Shown piece after piece: positions 1-11,258 of a stretch of DNA of 64,000 bases. The DNA lies in the NCBI GenBank assembly GCA_001662655.1, contig KV460276.1; one strand, written 5' to 3'. The notes below the pieces were generated by a model, which was given only the letters and a program-made list of their open reading frames with translations, searched no databases and was not told the DNA's origin. How positions within the stretch are numbered: position 1 is the first letter of the stretch; each line of letters opens with the position of its first letter. This DNA comes from Pseudogymnoascus verrucosus. Lineage: Eukaryota. The translations under genes and the position numbers were made by a program.

Positions 1-780
1 TCCAAAACTTTCCGGACCTAACCTCCAGTTAGCACCTAGACTAATATTCGAACACATCAAACTCACTGCTTCCTCAACATTCTCACTCGCAGCCCCATAC
101 GTCTTATAATAATCACCTAAAAATGCTCTCGTACCCCAATATGCCACCTGTTCAAACAGTGCAGGCAGGGCCGTTGTGTCGCATTCATGTATGACACTCT
201 TCCCCTCCATATCCTTTGTCTTCGAAAGCACCATGACGCCATGGCACACAGCAGCCACACTCCTCTTGCTCGGCTTCATCGTGCTAGAGAAATATGCAGC
301 GATGTGTCTCTGCATTATATGCGAGTCAATTAATTGTCGCACTCCTTTTTCGTGGCCACCAGGGAGGAAGATCAGGTTGTAGGTGTCGAGGGAGAAATCG
401 GAGGAGGACCAGGAGAGGGGGTTCTGAAATTCAGGTTGCGTGGACATGGAGTTATAGGCCTCAACTGCTAAACCTGTTGCTCCCTTGGGTTAGGTCAATT
501 AGCTTGTATAATAGCTAGATAGGCATGAAGGGGTATTTAGTACTAGGAGTTTCTGGGTGATACCCTTCAACATCTTTTTGTCGCATTCCGGAGTCTTGCC
601 CTTCTCCGTTGCGAAATGGACTTCGAATCCGGCTTTCTTGAATTCGGTATAGGGAACAGCGGTCTCTAGAGAATTCACATCATTACTAGCACGTTATGTT
701 CCTGCAAAGATGTAGGAATGGGTACCTGTTGGATCATGTCCATAATCGGACATTGGTATGAGAACTTTGGCGGTCGTCAT
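1..780 (-). CDS. DJ-1/PfpI (ThiJ, class I glutamine-amidotransferase-like) family protein; spliced, 3' end runs off the window
   Basis: Not in the ORF track; translated manually. ATG at 780 gives MTTAKVLIPMSDYGHDPT|E-TAVPYTEFKKAGFEVHFATE (intron about 725-666), then a second intron from 543, then ...LIFLPGGHEKG...VAAVCHGVMVL. The G-x-D/E-x-x-E start, PGGH and the AVCHG nucleophile elbow are DJ-1 superfamily motifs. Confidence 0.85.
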
Positions 781-1181
781 GGTGAAAATATTTTGTTATC
801 CAGCTGGAAATTGTAATTGAGTTAGTATCAGAGCAAGTAGAATGAGGTAGCGAAGGGGATGTAGGTATTTATCGTTGTTGACGTCGTCCGTGTTCGTCCG
901 GGCTTTATGAGGACAATGTGACATAGTGACTCTAAAATTAGCTGGAGGTTCTAAGATTTTAATTTGCAAAGTAACCTCGGCTGTATGGTGCATACGCAGT
1001 AAGCGTCAGCAACTAAGCTTCTCGTTCAGCTTCATGTTAAGAAACCGGTAGTTGGAGATAATACAATTGAGATGGCTACAGATTAAAGTATAAAAGCGGC
1101 TATATATCTCTTGGTTTCTAATTTCAATAACCCACTTCTACATCACTCCTCTCGATCGCATCGCTTCCCAAATCTACAGCC

Positions 1182-1373
1182 ATGAAGTCCTCCATCATCA
1201 TCTCTGGTCTCCCACTCCTCGTCCTTGCTCTAGTTTCTAATGCTACTTGCTTTACAACAGGTCCAGATGGCGACTGAACAACGGGACACGATAAAATCTC
1301 CCGGATGTATGACTACCTAGCTGGCGACTATGCACCCGGTCAAGCAAAACACTACGCTTTTACGTATAGTTAA
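1182..1373 (+). pseudogene. Probable small secreted protein relic with a premature stop
   Basis: ATG 1182 gives MKSSIIISGLPLLVLALVSNA-TCFTTGPDGD* (signal-peptide-like; TGA at 1275-1277). The frame continues TTGHDKISRMYDYLAGDYAPGQAKHYAFTYS*. TATAAAAG lies about 90 nt upstream. Confidence 0.45.
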
Positions 1374-2464
1374 TGAGACTAACATGTGAAGCGCTTCTTG
1401 GTCGACGGGCCGTGCCACAGACCTACGCCACCAGGACATAGGCGGCAGTTGTTCCTGCCAACAAATAAATAAATGGCATATTTTGCACTCTATTGTAGGT
1501 TGCTGGCTAGGAGAGAAGAGGAGCAGAAATTCAAGTTAATCAAATATGAATTTGATTCTGTGACCATGCTATTTTTTGTACGCTCGCTCGCAGCTGGGAA
1601 TGGTGAGGACCTGGAATATCAAACAGGAGGTTTCCGCCAAAGCATTCTCATTTAGGGCCCTGAGCACATAGCTTTCATTGTGGGCGATTAAAGTTAATCA
1701 ACTTGGTTTTTTTTACAGGCGATGGGTCCAATTATTGCTAAGTAGTCACTCAGCGTCATTCATCGTTGGTTTTACGAGAGTTACCATTGGCACTTTATGA
1801 GACGTATTTGAGTTCACTTGATGGTGTTTCCCTGTAGCTGCATTCAGAACGGTTTCATTCATTCTTCTCTCAGTATAGCGAGGAGTGGAAGATATTTGAG
1901 CCGATTATCTTCTTTGTTAGTGCATGCTATCGCGGGAGGCTTGACAGGACAACAACATTAGCCCTGCCCACTTCCCTCGTCCAATACAAAGGCGTTAGAT
2001 GTTGCCTGCATATGTTGTCTTCAGGGTCAACTCATACTTCAACTGGCTGGTAGGATATTATTGATCTTACTTTCTACAATATTCTTCTTGTCTATTCCCC
2101 ATCACAACATCTTGCCAACATCCAGATGCCCAAAGCTTTGAGCAGCTTCGAGTGATCTTGTTTAGCTTCTAGCTGCATCTTCCTTTCAAACGCTTGGAAG
2201 CTTCACCTGTTAAGGCAGCAAGAATTTTTAATGGGAAACAAACACTCATCCCGGTCTCATCGAATATCAACCCAACTCAGCCTTTGGTTTCCTTTCAACA
2301 ACCTCTCCAAGGCCAACTAGAGGCAGTGAAGCCCATCATCCTTTCAACCAACAGAGCCATTCTATTTTCACCAGACTATCAAAGATCAGTTCATAAGACA
2401 ACAAGGCAACTCCATTCCAGAAGCCGACACAGCCAGTCTATTTTCACTGGCAATATCTGATTCA

Positions 2465-5400
2465 GTGGATGGACGATTGGCTTTCTCTCAAAAGGTTCTT
2501 TCTACTCAGCCTCACGCACGCTATACATCCGACCCAGAGTCGAACCCGGCATTTTATTCACACAAAGTAAGCATGGCGAACGCTTGTGACTTAAGGAATG
2601 CCTACGATAGCAGCATCATGGTCACCTATGATGTTGCCGTTGAAGAAGCGCTGGAGGGGCCATTCTACGACCCTATCTATCAAGCTGAGCTACAAAAGGA
2701 CCGTGAGATTGCACGTGCTGCCACGAATGCACTGAAAAGGGCAGACTTATTTACAGTCCACGGAGATAACCTTGCAAGATTAATCCAGGACGGCGAAAGT
2801 TTAAGTGAATTCGAAGTCTCCAGTACGAGAACTATCGCCATTCTAGGGGGCTCGGGTGAAGGTAAGCATGCATTCCATCAAGCCAAACTGCATGGATCTA
2901 ATTTCCTTTCAGGCAAGAGCAGCCTCATCAACTCCCTGTTACACTATCCGGAGATCGCCAAATGCGTAAGTACACATCATGTTACGTAGATTTCACAACT
3001 TAACTTGTGGATAGGGAGATATAGGCGCAGCCTGCACGTCAATTGTTACAGAGTATAGACTGAAGACAGCCAATCACAGAGCACCTATAACAATAGATGT
3101 TGAGTACCTCTCCGTAACAGAAATAGAAGAGCTGCTCAAAGAACTTCTCTGGAGCTTCCGTCGGATGTATCTTCCAAATGCCGAAGATGAAAACATCATT
3201 CAAAGCGAATACGATCAAATGGAACGTGAATCGGCGGAGGCGTGGTCTTCCCTTGAGGCTGCATTTAGCCACCATGAAGAATTTAGCAAAGACTGGCTCA
3301 CAAAAGACATGACCGAAGAAGGATTGGCTATGGTTACCGATCAGGTTATCCAATGGTCCCATGAGCTCGATTGGCCCGCTGGCGCAGACAGCGGAAAGTG
3401 GACATCGACAGCAGACACTGCAGATGAATGTTACGAGAAGACGGGTGTCTTCATGGAAGACCGGTTTTGGCCATTCACCAAAATAATCCGGTAAGATTCA
3501 CATCACGCTTTGTTTCTTTGATTGTAGTATCTGATTGAGGATTCTACACAGTGTTTATATTGAGGCACAGATCTTAAAGTCTGGTATTATTCTCGCCGAT
3601 TTGCCGGGTTAGTAGCTCAAAATCTTAGACTATGCCACATATCAACTGACGGTCGACGCAGGTTTGCACGATACCAACCTTGCACGAGTGAAAGCCACTC
3701 AAGACTACCTCCTGAGATGTGATCATATCTTTGTCGTCGCAAGGATTTCTCGGGCGATAACAAATCAATCATTAAAATCATCCCTCCTTTCTGTCGTGTC
3801 CAAACATGCCGGGCAAGAATTAGATGGATCCAGAGGGGAAAGCATGAAAATTGCGGCTGTTTGCACTAATTCAGAGGTTCTACTCTACTGTTCAAGTTTG
3901 TGAAGGTGGTGACTGACGCTTAGTAGGATATTAATGAGAAGTCGGCGAGACGGGAATTTTGTGGCCCCAACAACAGAATCTCACCAGAAGACATGGCAGA
4001 ACTCGACCAAGATATTGCAAAGGAAATGGAACAAGGGAATCGACAATCTGTAAAGAATTTGAGGTTGAGGCAAGTTCTATGGTTTTATGCGTGCTATAAA
4101 CTAAAATATTAACTATTCTCTAGGCAGCGTTTGCTACTGATCAACGCCCGGAATATGCACGTTAAAGAAGGCTTGCAGAAAGCTTACTCGGCTGAAATTC
4201 CAAAAGGGGTGCTCGAAGTATTTTGCGTTTCGAACACGTCTTATGAGAAATATGCCATGAAAGGAGATATAGAAATGGTGCAGGCCAGTGGCATACCAGA
4301 GGTTCGACAATTCTGCTACACCATAATCAGTCGTGCACACCTACTTGAAGCAAACCACTTCCGCAATTCAAGGATGTCGAGCTTTCTAAATTCCACCCTG
4401 CTCGTGGTAGCCAAACCTGAATGCCAGACTATGGAGGCTATGATCGATAGATCAATCTATTTCACCTTGTTTGGGGTGAAAAATGAGGTTTGTAGTGTTC
4501 TTCGTGCTTCTTGTCATGGGCTAACCGTGTCAGGTATTGGGGGCCGTGTCTCAATCCAAAATCGATTTCAACGACGTTTTTCAAAGTTTGATTATTTCGC
4601 ACATAGGTGGGTTTGATCATAACTTTAGAAGCCAGGGTGTTATCTAACTCGCATAGACCAAGAAAGTCCTGCCTGGGAAAAAGCGGCGCAAGAGGAAGGT
4701 TTATCATGGTTCAATGTAATGTCCACCCCTTGTCCATAACAATTGAGTTCATATTCTAACAGTACATAGTGGTATTGGAGTACTGTTTCCACAATGCATA
4801 AGTATATCAACTGTAGACTAACGCCAGATGTTGCAGGTCAGTATAAAGCCTGGTGCCGGAACGATGGCGACCACAAGACGAGAGCCCGGAAAGCCAACTG
4901 GAATTCCGAGCTCATTAAGAAAATGAGGGCAGAGATGGGATTTCGATGGGAAGCATTTAAACAAAAAATCCCGACGCTATTCGCAGATTTGCTACAATCT
5001 ATCAAAGCGATATTCCTAAAATTGCAATCCGAAATGAGAAGCAAGTTAAATCGTCTTATCTTGGTCATGGACAGTATTTACTAACTCCAGAACATAGAGG
5101 AAAACGTTGATCCTTTACTCATAGACGGAATTGAATTCAAGATTGGAGCTATCGAGTATGAATTCAGTCAGGCGGTGGAAAAACTTGTGAAGGGTGTTGA
5201 GTAAGTTCTATTAGTTCGACGAAAACCCGCTTCTCATTGTTAAGTTTGGGCAAGGAAGCTTTTCTTACATCAACTAGAATTATTTGTTCCAAAGCATCAG
5301 AGGCCAATCAATCATCTTACATAGTCAAAATCATGACTCCGGCCTACCGATCAGCAGCCCAACAATTTGGTCAGTATTTTGCTTCTTTAGGATTGAGCTG

Positions 5401-5813
5401 AGATCATCAAAACGCAGTACTAATGTTTGTGCTGAGCAGGCAAAGGCATGGCTGCTCGTCAACGGACAATCGTCCAGGGCCGCATTGAGGAGGGGCTGTT
5501 CTCTAAGATTTCAATGGCCATAAGCAAGGATATAAAAGCCGAGGTGAAAACCAGTTTTGGTGCAGTTAAAAAGGAACTGGACAACATTTTTGTTCGCATA
5601 GAGACCGATATCAGGGTGAGACTGGCGACGGAGGAGCAATCTTGCGAGAAGGGGGACCCCACCCGCGAGGACAAGGAGAGACGGAAAGCAGATTTGGCTT
5701 GTGAACTTCAAGACCTAAAGAGACAGCATGAGGAAGCTCCTGGAAGCATTGATTTTATTCAGCCTAGAGTCCTAGAGATGGAGGAGGTCAAAGAGGAGGG
5801 CGTCGCGCTTTGA
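2465..5813 (+). CDS. Dynamin-like P-loop GTPase (Dynamin_N / SLIP-GC-like fungal family), about a dozen introns; true start uncertain
   Basis: G1 GGSGEG|KSSLINSLL is split by intron 2862-2912. G2 GAACTSIVTEYR follows intron 2966-3013, and G3 reads ILADLPG|LHDTN. G4-like AVCTNSE|D and a C-terminal W-Y-W-S-Q-Y-K-A-W-C-R motif are present. Successive ORF fragments join through intron signals; stop at 5811-5813. Confidence 0.8.
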
Positions 5814-6477
5814 GCCACAAATCGCCGTATTGCCAGAGTTTGTTTGACGGTTACAATTTCAGATCCTTTCGGATTATTATTTCGACTTCATTCAGAGAAG
5901 ATATCTGGAGTTGATCCATACTCAATTCTGATTTTATATCTCTCTGCGCTGATGTTGGGGCTCTCTTATACTTCTAATCGTAGAATTATAAGAACCCAGA
6001 ATAAATAATATGCGTCATGAAATAAAGCATTCCACCACACAAAATTATAGCAGAAATGACTTAACATAAAAAGTGACATTCATGCAAGTGAAGTATTCAT
6101 ACCAGTAATTATCATCACATATAAAATATGACAATGCAAGAACTGCAACAACCTCGTTTGACCCAACAAATCGCCCGCAATTCCAAAGCCAGCGTACATC
6201 ATACTTCACACCATGGAATATTTACTTCATCTGGATTCAACAACACATTCTAATTAAAGCCAAAACTAAATGACATACTCAGCTAAAATCGCGCAGTATA
6301 AAATATTCAAATCCCGAGCCCCTTTTCTCCATATTCGTTGTGTCCATGGCCTGCCTATGGCCGTCATCATATCGACATAGCTCGTGTGAATTTACCGTGT
6401 GCTCATATTCAGTGTATCCAACCTGCATCAATTTCAAACCTTAAATGCGAATTGCCAGTGACATTCCGATTCAACCT

Positions 6478-8294
6478 TCACAAACTTGCTGCCCTCTTTC
6501 TCTTCATGCCTTGGGCAGTTCCGTTCCCCTCGCCAACGCTAAGACACATAAGCATCAGCGCCGCACTCTTCTCTTCTTCGCCCACTCCCTTTTCCAGGGA
6601 TGAGTTGACCTTTGCAAGCCACTCAACATTTCCTGGGCTTCCATTTTGGCTCTCCACCTCCTTGGTTACCTCCCTTTCCCACTTTATACGCTTTGGGCTG
6701 ACGTTTGGGCTGCCATCACTATCCGCATCATAGACCTCCTCATCCATACCAACCCCTCTGATCCCCAACCCAACCAAGCCGCGATGCCTCATCGGTGGAA
6801 GAGTGTTTTGGTTCAGTGCCTGGGCTCCAAACCCATGGTCACCTACGGTGCGGGGGATGGCGCTTAGCCAAGGGCTTGCAACCGGACTTTGGTTTGGAGT
6901 TGCCGGATACGGCGGCGTTGGAGGGTGTCGGAGAGCTCGAGGTCTCCAACTCGGGGCCTGGCGCTGTATTTCATGCTCCCTCGAAGCGATCTTCGCATTG
7001 GATGAGAATGCAGACTTATTTTGTTGCGCAAATCGCACCTGGGGATGCGTGTTTGCCGCTGTCCAGCCGGACGAGGTGTAGCCAGAAGCAGGTGACGATG
7101 GAAGAGGGGTGTACGCTGTCATTGGCGTGGGCGGCCCCGAGAATTGTGCCCGGTCGAATTTTTGGTATGGCATGCTCGTCTCAGACTCTGTGTCTGTGCT
7201 TTCGCCGCGGAGGGGTCCTCGGCATTTTGGCTTCAATCTCTTCGTAGCTTGCTCGTGAGCAACGGGAAAATCATTGGGTGTACTTCGGGGTGACACAGAG
7301 TCAATTGTTCGAACCGTTCGCTGGCTTGGACTGGGCGTCGGATTTTGAGATGCGGATGAAGATGGGTTGGACGTGGGACCATTTGTGGCTGCGGAACGGA
7401 AGGCTATAGCTTCTTTGGTGCCGTGGATAATGACCGATGGTTCGATAACCATTCGCCCACAGAGAGGAGATTCACGGTGTGTGCATTGTGATGGGAAACT
7501 GGGCCCGAATATCGGAATGAGGGCGCCAGCGATGTTGGCGCAGAAGGTTGCGCATAACGCCATGGCGCATGGATATGGCATCCAGTATCCTTCACCAAGT
7601 CAGATTATTTGTCCAAGAGCTGGGAGAATAGGCCATACCTTGAGCAGCAAGTGCACCTCCTGTGATGCTGTGGGTAATTTCTTTGAGCCCCGGGTTCATA
7701 TTAAGCATCTTGGCTGGTATGGTCTGCGGTTCATTAGAAAGTGGCACCGTTTTGAGAACAGAGAAACTAACCTTCGAGTAATTGCAGCACTTGAAGAAAG
7801 GCGTAATACGGACAAGCCCGATATTGTAGTCCCACATTACCGTGTGTTCTTTTTCTTCGCCTGGAAGTCGGAATGTGTATTGGAAAACTGATACTCTTGT
7901 CAGCAATGCCACGAATGTAAATTGCAATCCTACCTTCAAAGCTGTGTCGACCAGTTTTCTCAAGGAAGCTTTTCTTCTCGCTGTTGTATGGGATATGGCG
8001 AGGATATTTCACAATCTCTCCGAGGGGAAATACCTTATACTTCTGGACTTCCCGAACACTCTCCGGGTCAAGGTTCTCAAACGGAGGAAACATAACAGTT
8101 CCCATGACCTTGCCTTTGAAAAAGACAGCACCATCTTTACTCATCTTAGATTTTGCTGAAGACTGTTGGCCACTGGGTCGCGGGCTTTCGTTTGGAGATA
8201 GATGCGAATAGTAAGATGGAGAGCTCGAAGGTAAACTAATCCATCGAGACTCTGAGGTAGATATGGGGTTGAGAAGCGAAGACAAGGAAAGCAT
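6478..8294 (-). CDS. APSES/KilA-N domain transcription factor, Xbp1-like (3 introns)
   Basis: Spliced translation [30 protein letters not shown]...[73 protein letters not shown] is typical of fungal Xbp1-like APSES proteins. The C-terminus carries an AALMLMCL motif. Confidence 0.85.
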
Positions 8295-10935
8295 AGCGCT
8301 GAAGAGGCGTTGCTGGCCCTTCCGACGAGCTATTGGAGGTCTCAGACGGTGTTCCAGAATAAGTTGTAAGTCGTTGGCTCCGACCTTTAAAGCAATGCAG
8401 TCAACTTGGTGTCGATGCTTGAGTCCTTGGAATGAATGAACGAGGATTTAGATGCCCAGTCAACCCCTTCCAAGCAGCCTTGGAAGGCTCGGAATAAAGA
8501 TTCAAAGGGCACTGGAAAGAAAAATTCTTGGGTCGGTTCTGGATATGTGAGTTTTCTCGGCGGGGTCTCCGGCCCTTGTTGGTCGTGTCTTAGTGATAGC
8601 CAGTGAACATATGAGACTCCGTTTGCACGCACACTAATATTTATGAGCCGAGGGTTGCTAGGTGAACATGCAGGATTATGCAGGCTCTTGAAAGGGCGTG
8701 TCTCTGTCTGCGTGTTAACGTGTTTTCCTTTATTTGACGCGCTGTCCAAGGGTAAGAGATGATTCTTATCAACGAATCCAAGGGGCCTTTCGACAGCGTT
8801 TCAGGGGTTCCGTCAGAATGACAAGCCTCCAACGAATACTGGAGGTAAATGCGATAACACCCCATATCCTCGTCCGCTATGCCTATCCCATAACCGCAGA
8901 CGGACGGCAAAGTCTCCCTTGGCAATGGCACATGACACAGCTTCGAGGAAATTAGTCTCAGAAGGTCCCAGTAGCTGCAAGTTTCCAGTCGAAAGAGTTT
9001 CTGGCTGGCTGCTTGGACAGGGGTATATTTCCACCCCGATGAAGCCGTGGTTTGACAGCAGCACACAAATGCTAACACCGTAACGGGAGCAAGTAGTGTT
9101 TGAATGGGGTTAGGCGGATATATGGTGACGGGTGGTGGCTGCAGCACAGGCGGATAGCTGCATACTTATGCAGCAGAATTGCCGCATGGATGTGTTTCCG
9201 GCCCTGACTCTTGTGGCTGGGGAGAAAGAAAATGCCTATCACAGCATATATCGTAGTAAGACAACTTGATTGACTCGATGCAAGGAGCAGGGTAGCTTGG
9301 TGCTTGCTATCGTTGAGGTTTATGTCTCGGTGTCAGAAGTCATGTAGGAATGTGCTCAAAGGAATATATCCCATCTCTTTTTTATTATCGTACCCGGATT
9401 TGATCATGCTTCTTGTCGGCGTGAGCAGCCGTATATTGCATACACCGTCAAAGACAGCAGTGTAGTTCCGCAAGGGAAGTTTCCATGGCCTTTCGAGAAG
9501 CTTGTTAAGGAAGGATTGCTACTCCCCAAATAATGGCATGTATTTGTCATTGCTTTGACTCTGATGACCCACAGGATAGCCATGCAAGTATGCGTCTGAA
9601 ATCTAGCATCTCCATGTCGTCATGTCTTGCAACGCCGAAGATTTAGAGCCGGGAAAGGTTCGTGGCGGCTCAACAGGAACAGGGGACCTCGATGTGAGAG
9701 TTGAGGTCATGCACAGAATGAAGAGCCAAAGGATGATAGTACAGTAGAATACTACCATGGGAACCTAGAAATGAATAAGGAAATAAGAGAAGGTCTTCTT
9801 CCAATATATCATATCCGCTCACCTGGATGGTTTGGGGCCTGACAATGGATTCTTATGTGTGAGGTATTGCAACAGAGAATTATCATATTGAGGATTTACT
9901 GTGCCTGAGACAGAACCGCAACCAGTTCTAGATATGACATGCCTTTCTCCCATGAGTTGCCCCGCGGCCAGGCCATAGTAGGCAATCCCCAATTCTTCGA
10001 GTCGGCAAGATGTCGAAAGTTGGCGATAGCTATTGCAAGAAATTAGTGAAGCCTGCAGTTAACCGTTGATCTGGACTGCCCCCACGTGGCTCGAGCCAAC
10101 CACTTTCCAGAGTTGCAACTGTAACTATACAAACGGAGCGATGAAGTTGAGAATTAATTTGCCTCGGATATGCCTGGTCTAGGTTGAACGAAAAAGGAAG
10201 TTACAGGAACCCGGTGGCTTTTCTCTGGAGCCTCGTTCATACATCACCAATCAATTCAAAGAAGACACAATATGGGCGCGTAAGAAGAAAACCCCCCCCC
10301 AAATCGTGGTATAGCCCCACAGTTACCGTCCCATTCCCATCAAGGACTCATTTGTGTTTCATATCATCACTTCTATTGCACAATGAATCCCTCTCCGCTT
10401 TTCATTCTTCATTTCCGCAGGATCTGCAAATATACCACCGTATCAGGCTTGTTTGAGCTTCTAGTACGACCTCAAGAGCTCTTTTGGCTTTCCGGGGTTT
10501 TCCACGTTCAGTAACACTGACACGAGCCTCAATACGGCAAGATATAGGTCAACCTTGCCGTCAATAATTCGGAGTTGCGAAGAGGTATAGCAACACAAAA
10601 TCACCAAAAGACTGTCAGGGGTGACGAAACGTGCGGGAAGCCATTGTAACAGGCGGCTTTCGCTGCGGCTGGGATTGTATCATGAGCAATCAAGGAGCCT
10701 CAAAATAGTACAACCATGCCAAAACGTCTGTGTTAGTTACACACATCATCTCCACGCTGAAGCTGTCATCTCCAGTCATCTTCAGCTTGTATTCAATTGT
10801 CAGGATGTCCAAACTGCTTCTGCCTCAGAATTGTCAGGAAAATCAAATCTAAAGTCTGATTCCCATGCCATGATTCATAGTCCCAGGCGTACTATTGGGG
10901 CTAATACTGAGCTGGTCGTGGAGTTGATATCCTAA

Positions 10936-11061
10936 GTAAACAAACGACCAAGAGTACGCGAAGCCGCTTTTATGTCACGTGACAGGGTCAAAGCTCGTGC
11001 CTGATGGTGGCCTGCAACACCACGACGCGGTTTCCTCGCCAGAATCCCGAGCTTTGTTTAC
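10936..11061 (+). promoter_or_regulatory. Putative cell-cycle promoter module upstream of TOP2 (forkhead, MCB-like and E-box sites)
   Basis: GTAAACAAA at 10936, its reverse TTTGTTTAC at 11053, ACGCG at about 10956 and 11025, and the perfect palindrome TGTCACGTGACA at 10973-10984. All lie within about 330 nt of the TOP2 ATG. Confidence 0.45.
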
Positions 11062-11258
11062 ACAAGAGGACCCCGAATCCAAGGACAACAAATAACGCAC
11101 ATTATTGTCAATGACAGCACGCCAACCCCTCCATATACTCTTCGCCTAAGCATCTTCTCAACGGCAGCAGGATAGGCAAGCTCTATTCGAATTCAGTGCT
11201 TGCCGCACTCCTCTTACTACCATCTGCTGCCTCGAGTTTTTCCGCCACATAGTTCGCC

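Noticed and set aside
8387..10935. Several 70-170-aa ORFs in the Xbp1-like/TOP2 intergenic region
   Set aside because: They show no recognisable domains, overlap on both strands, often start at non-ATG codons and give no consistent splice pattern.
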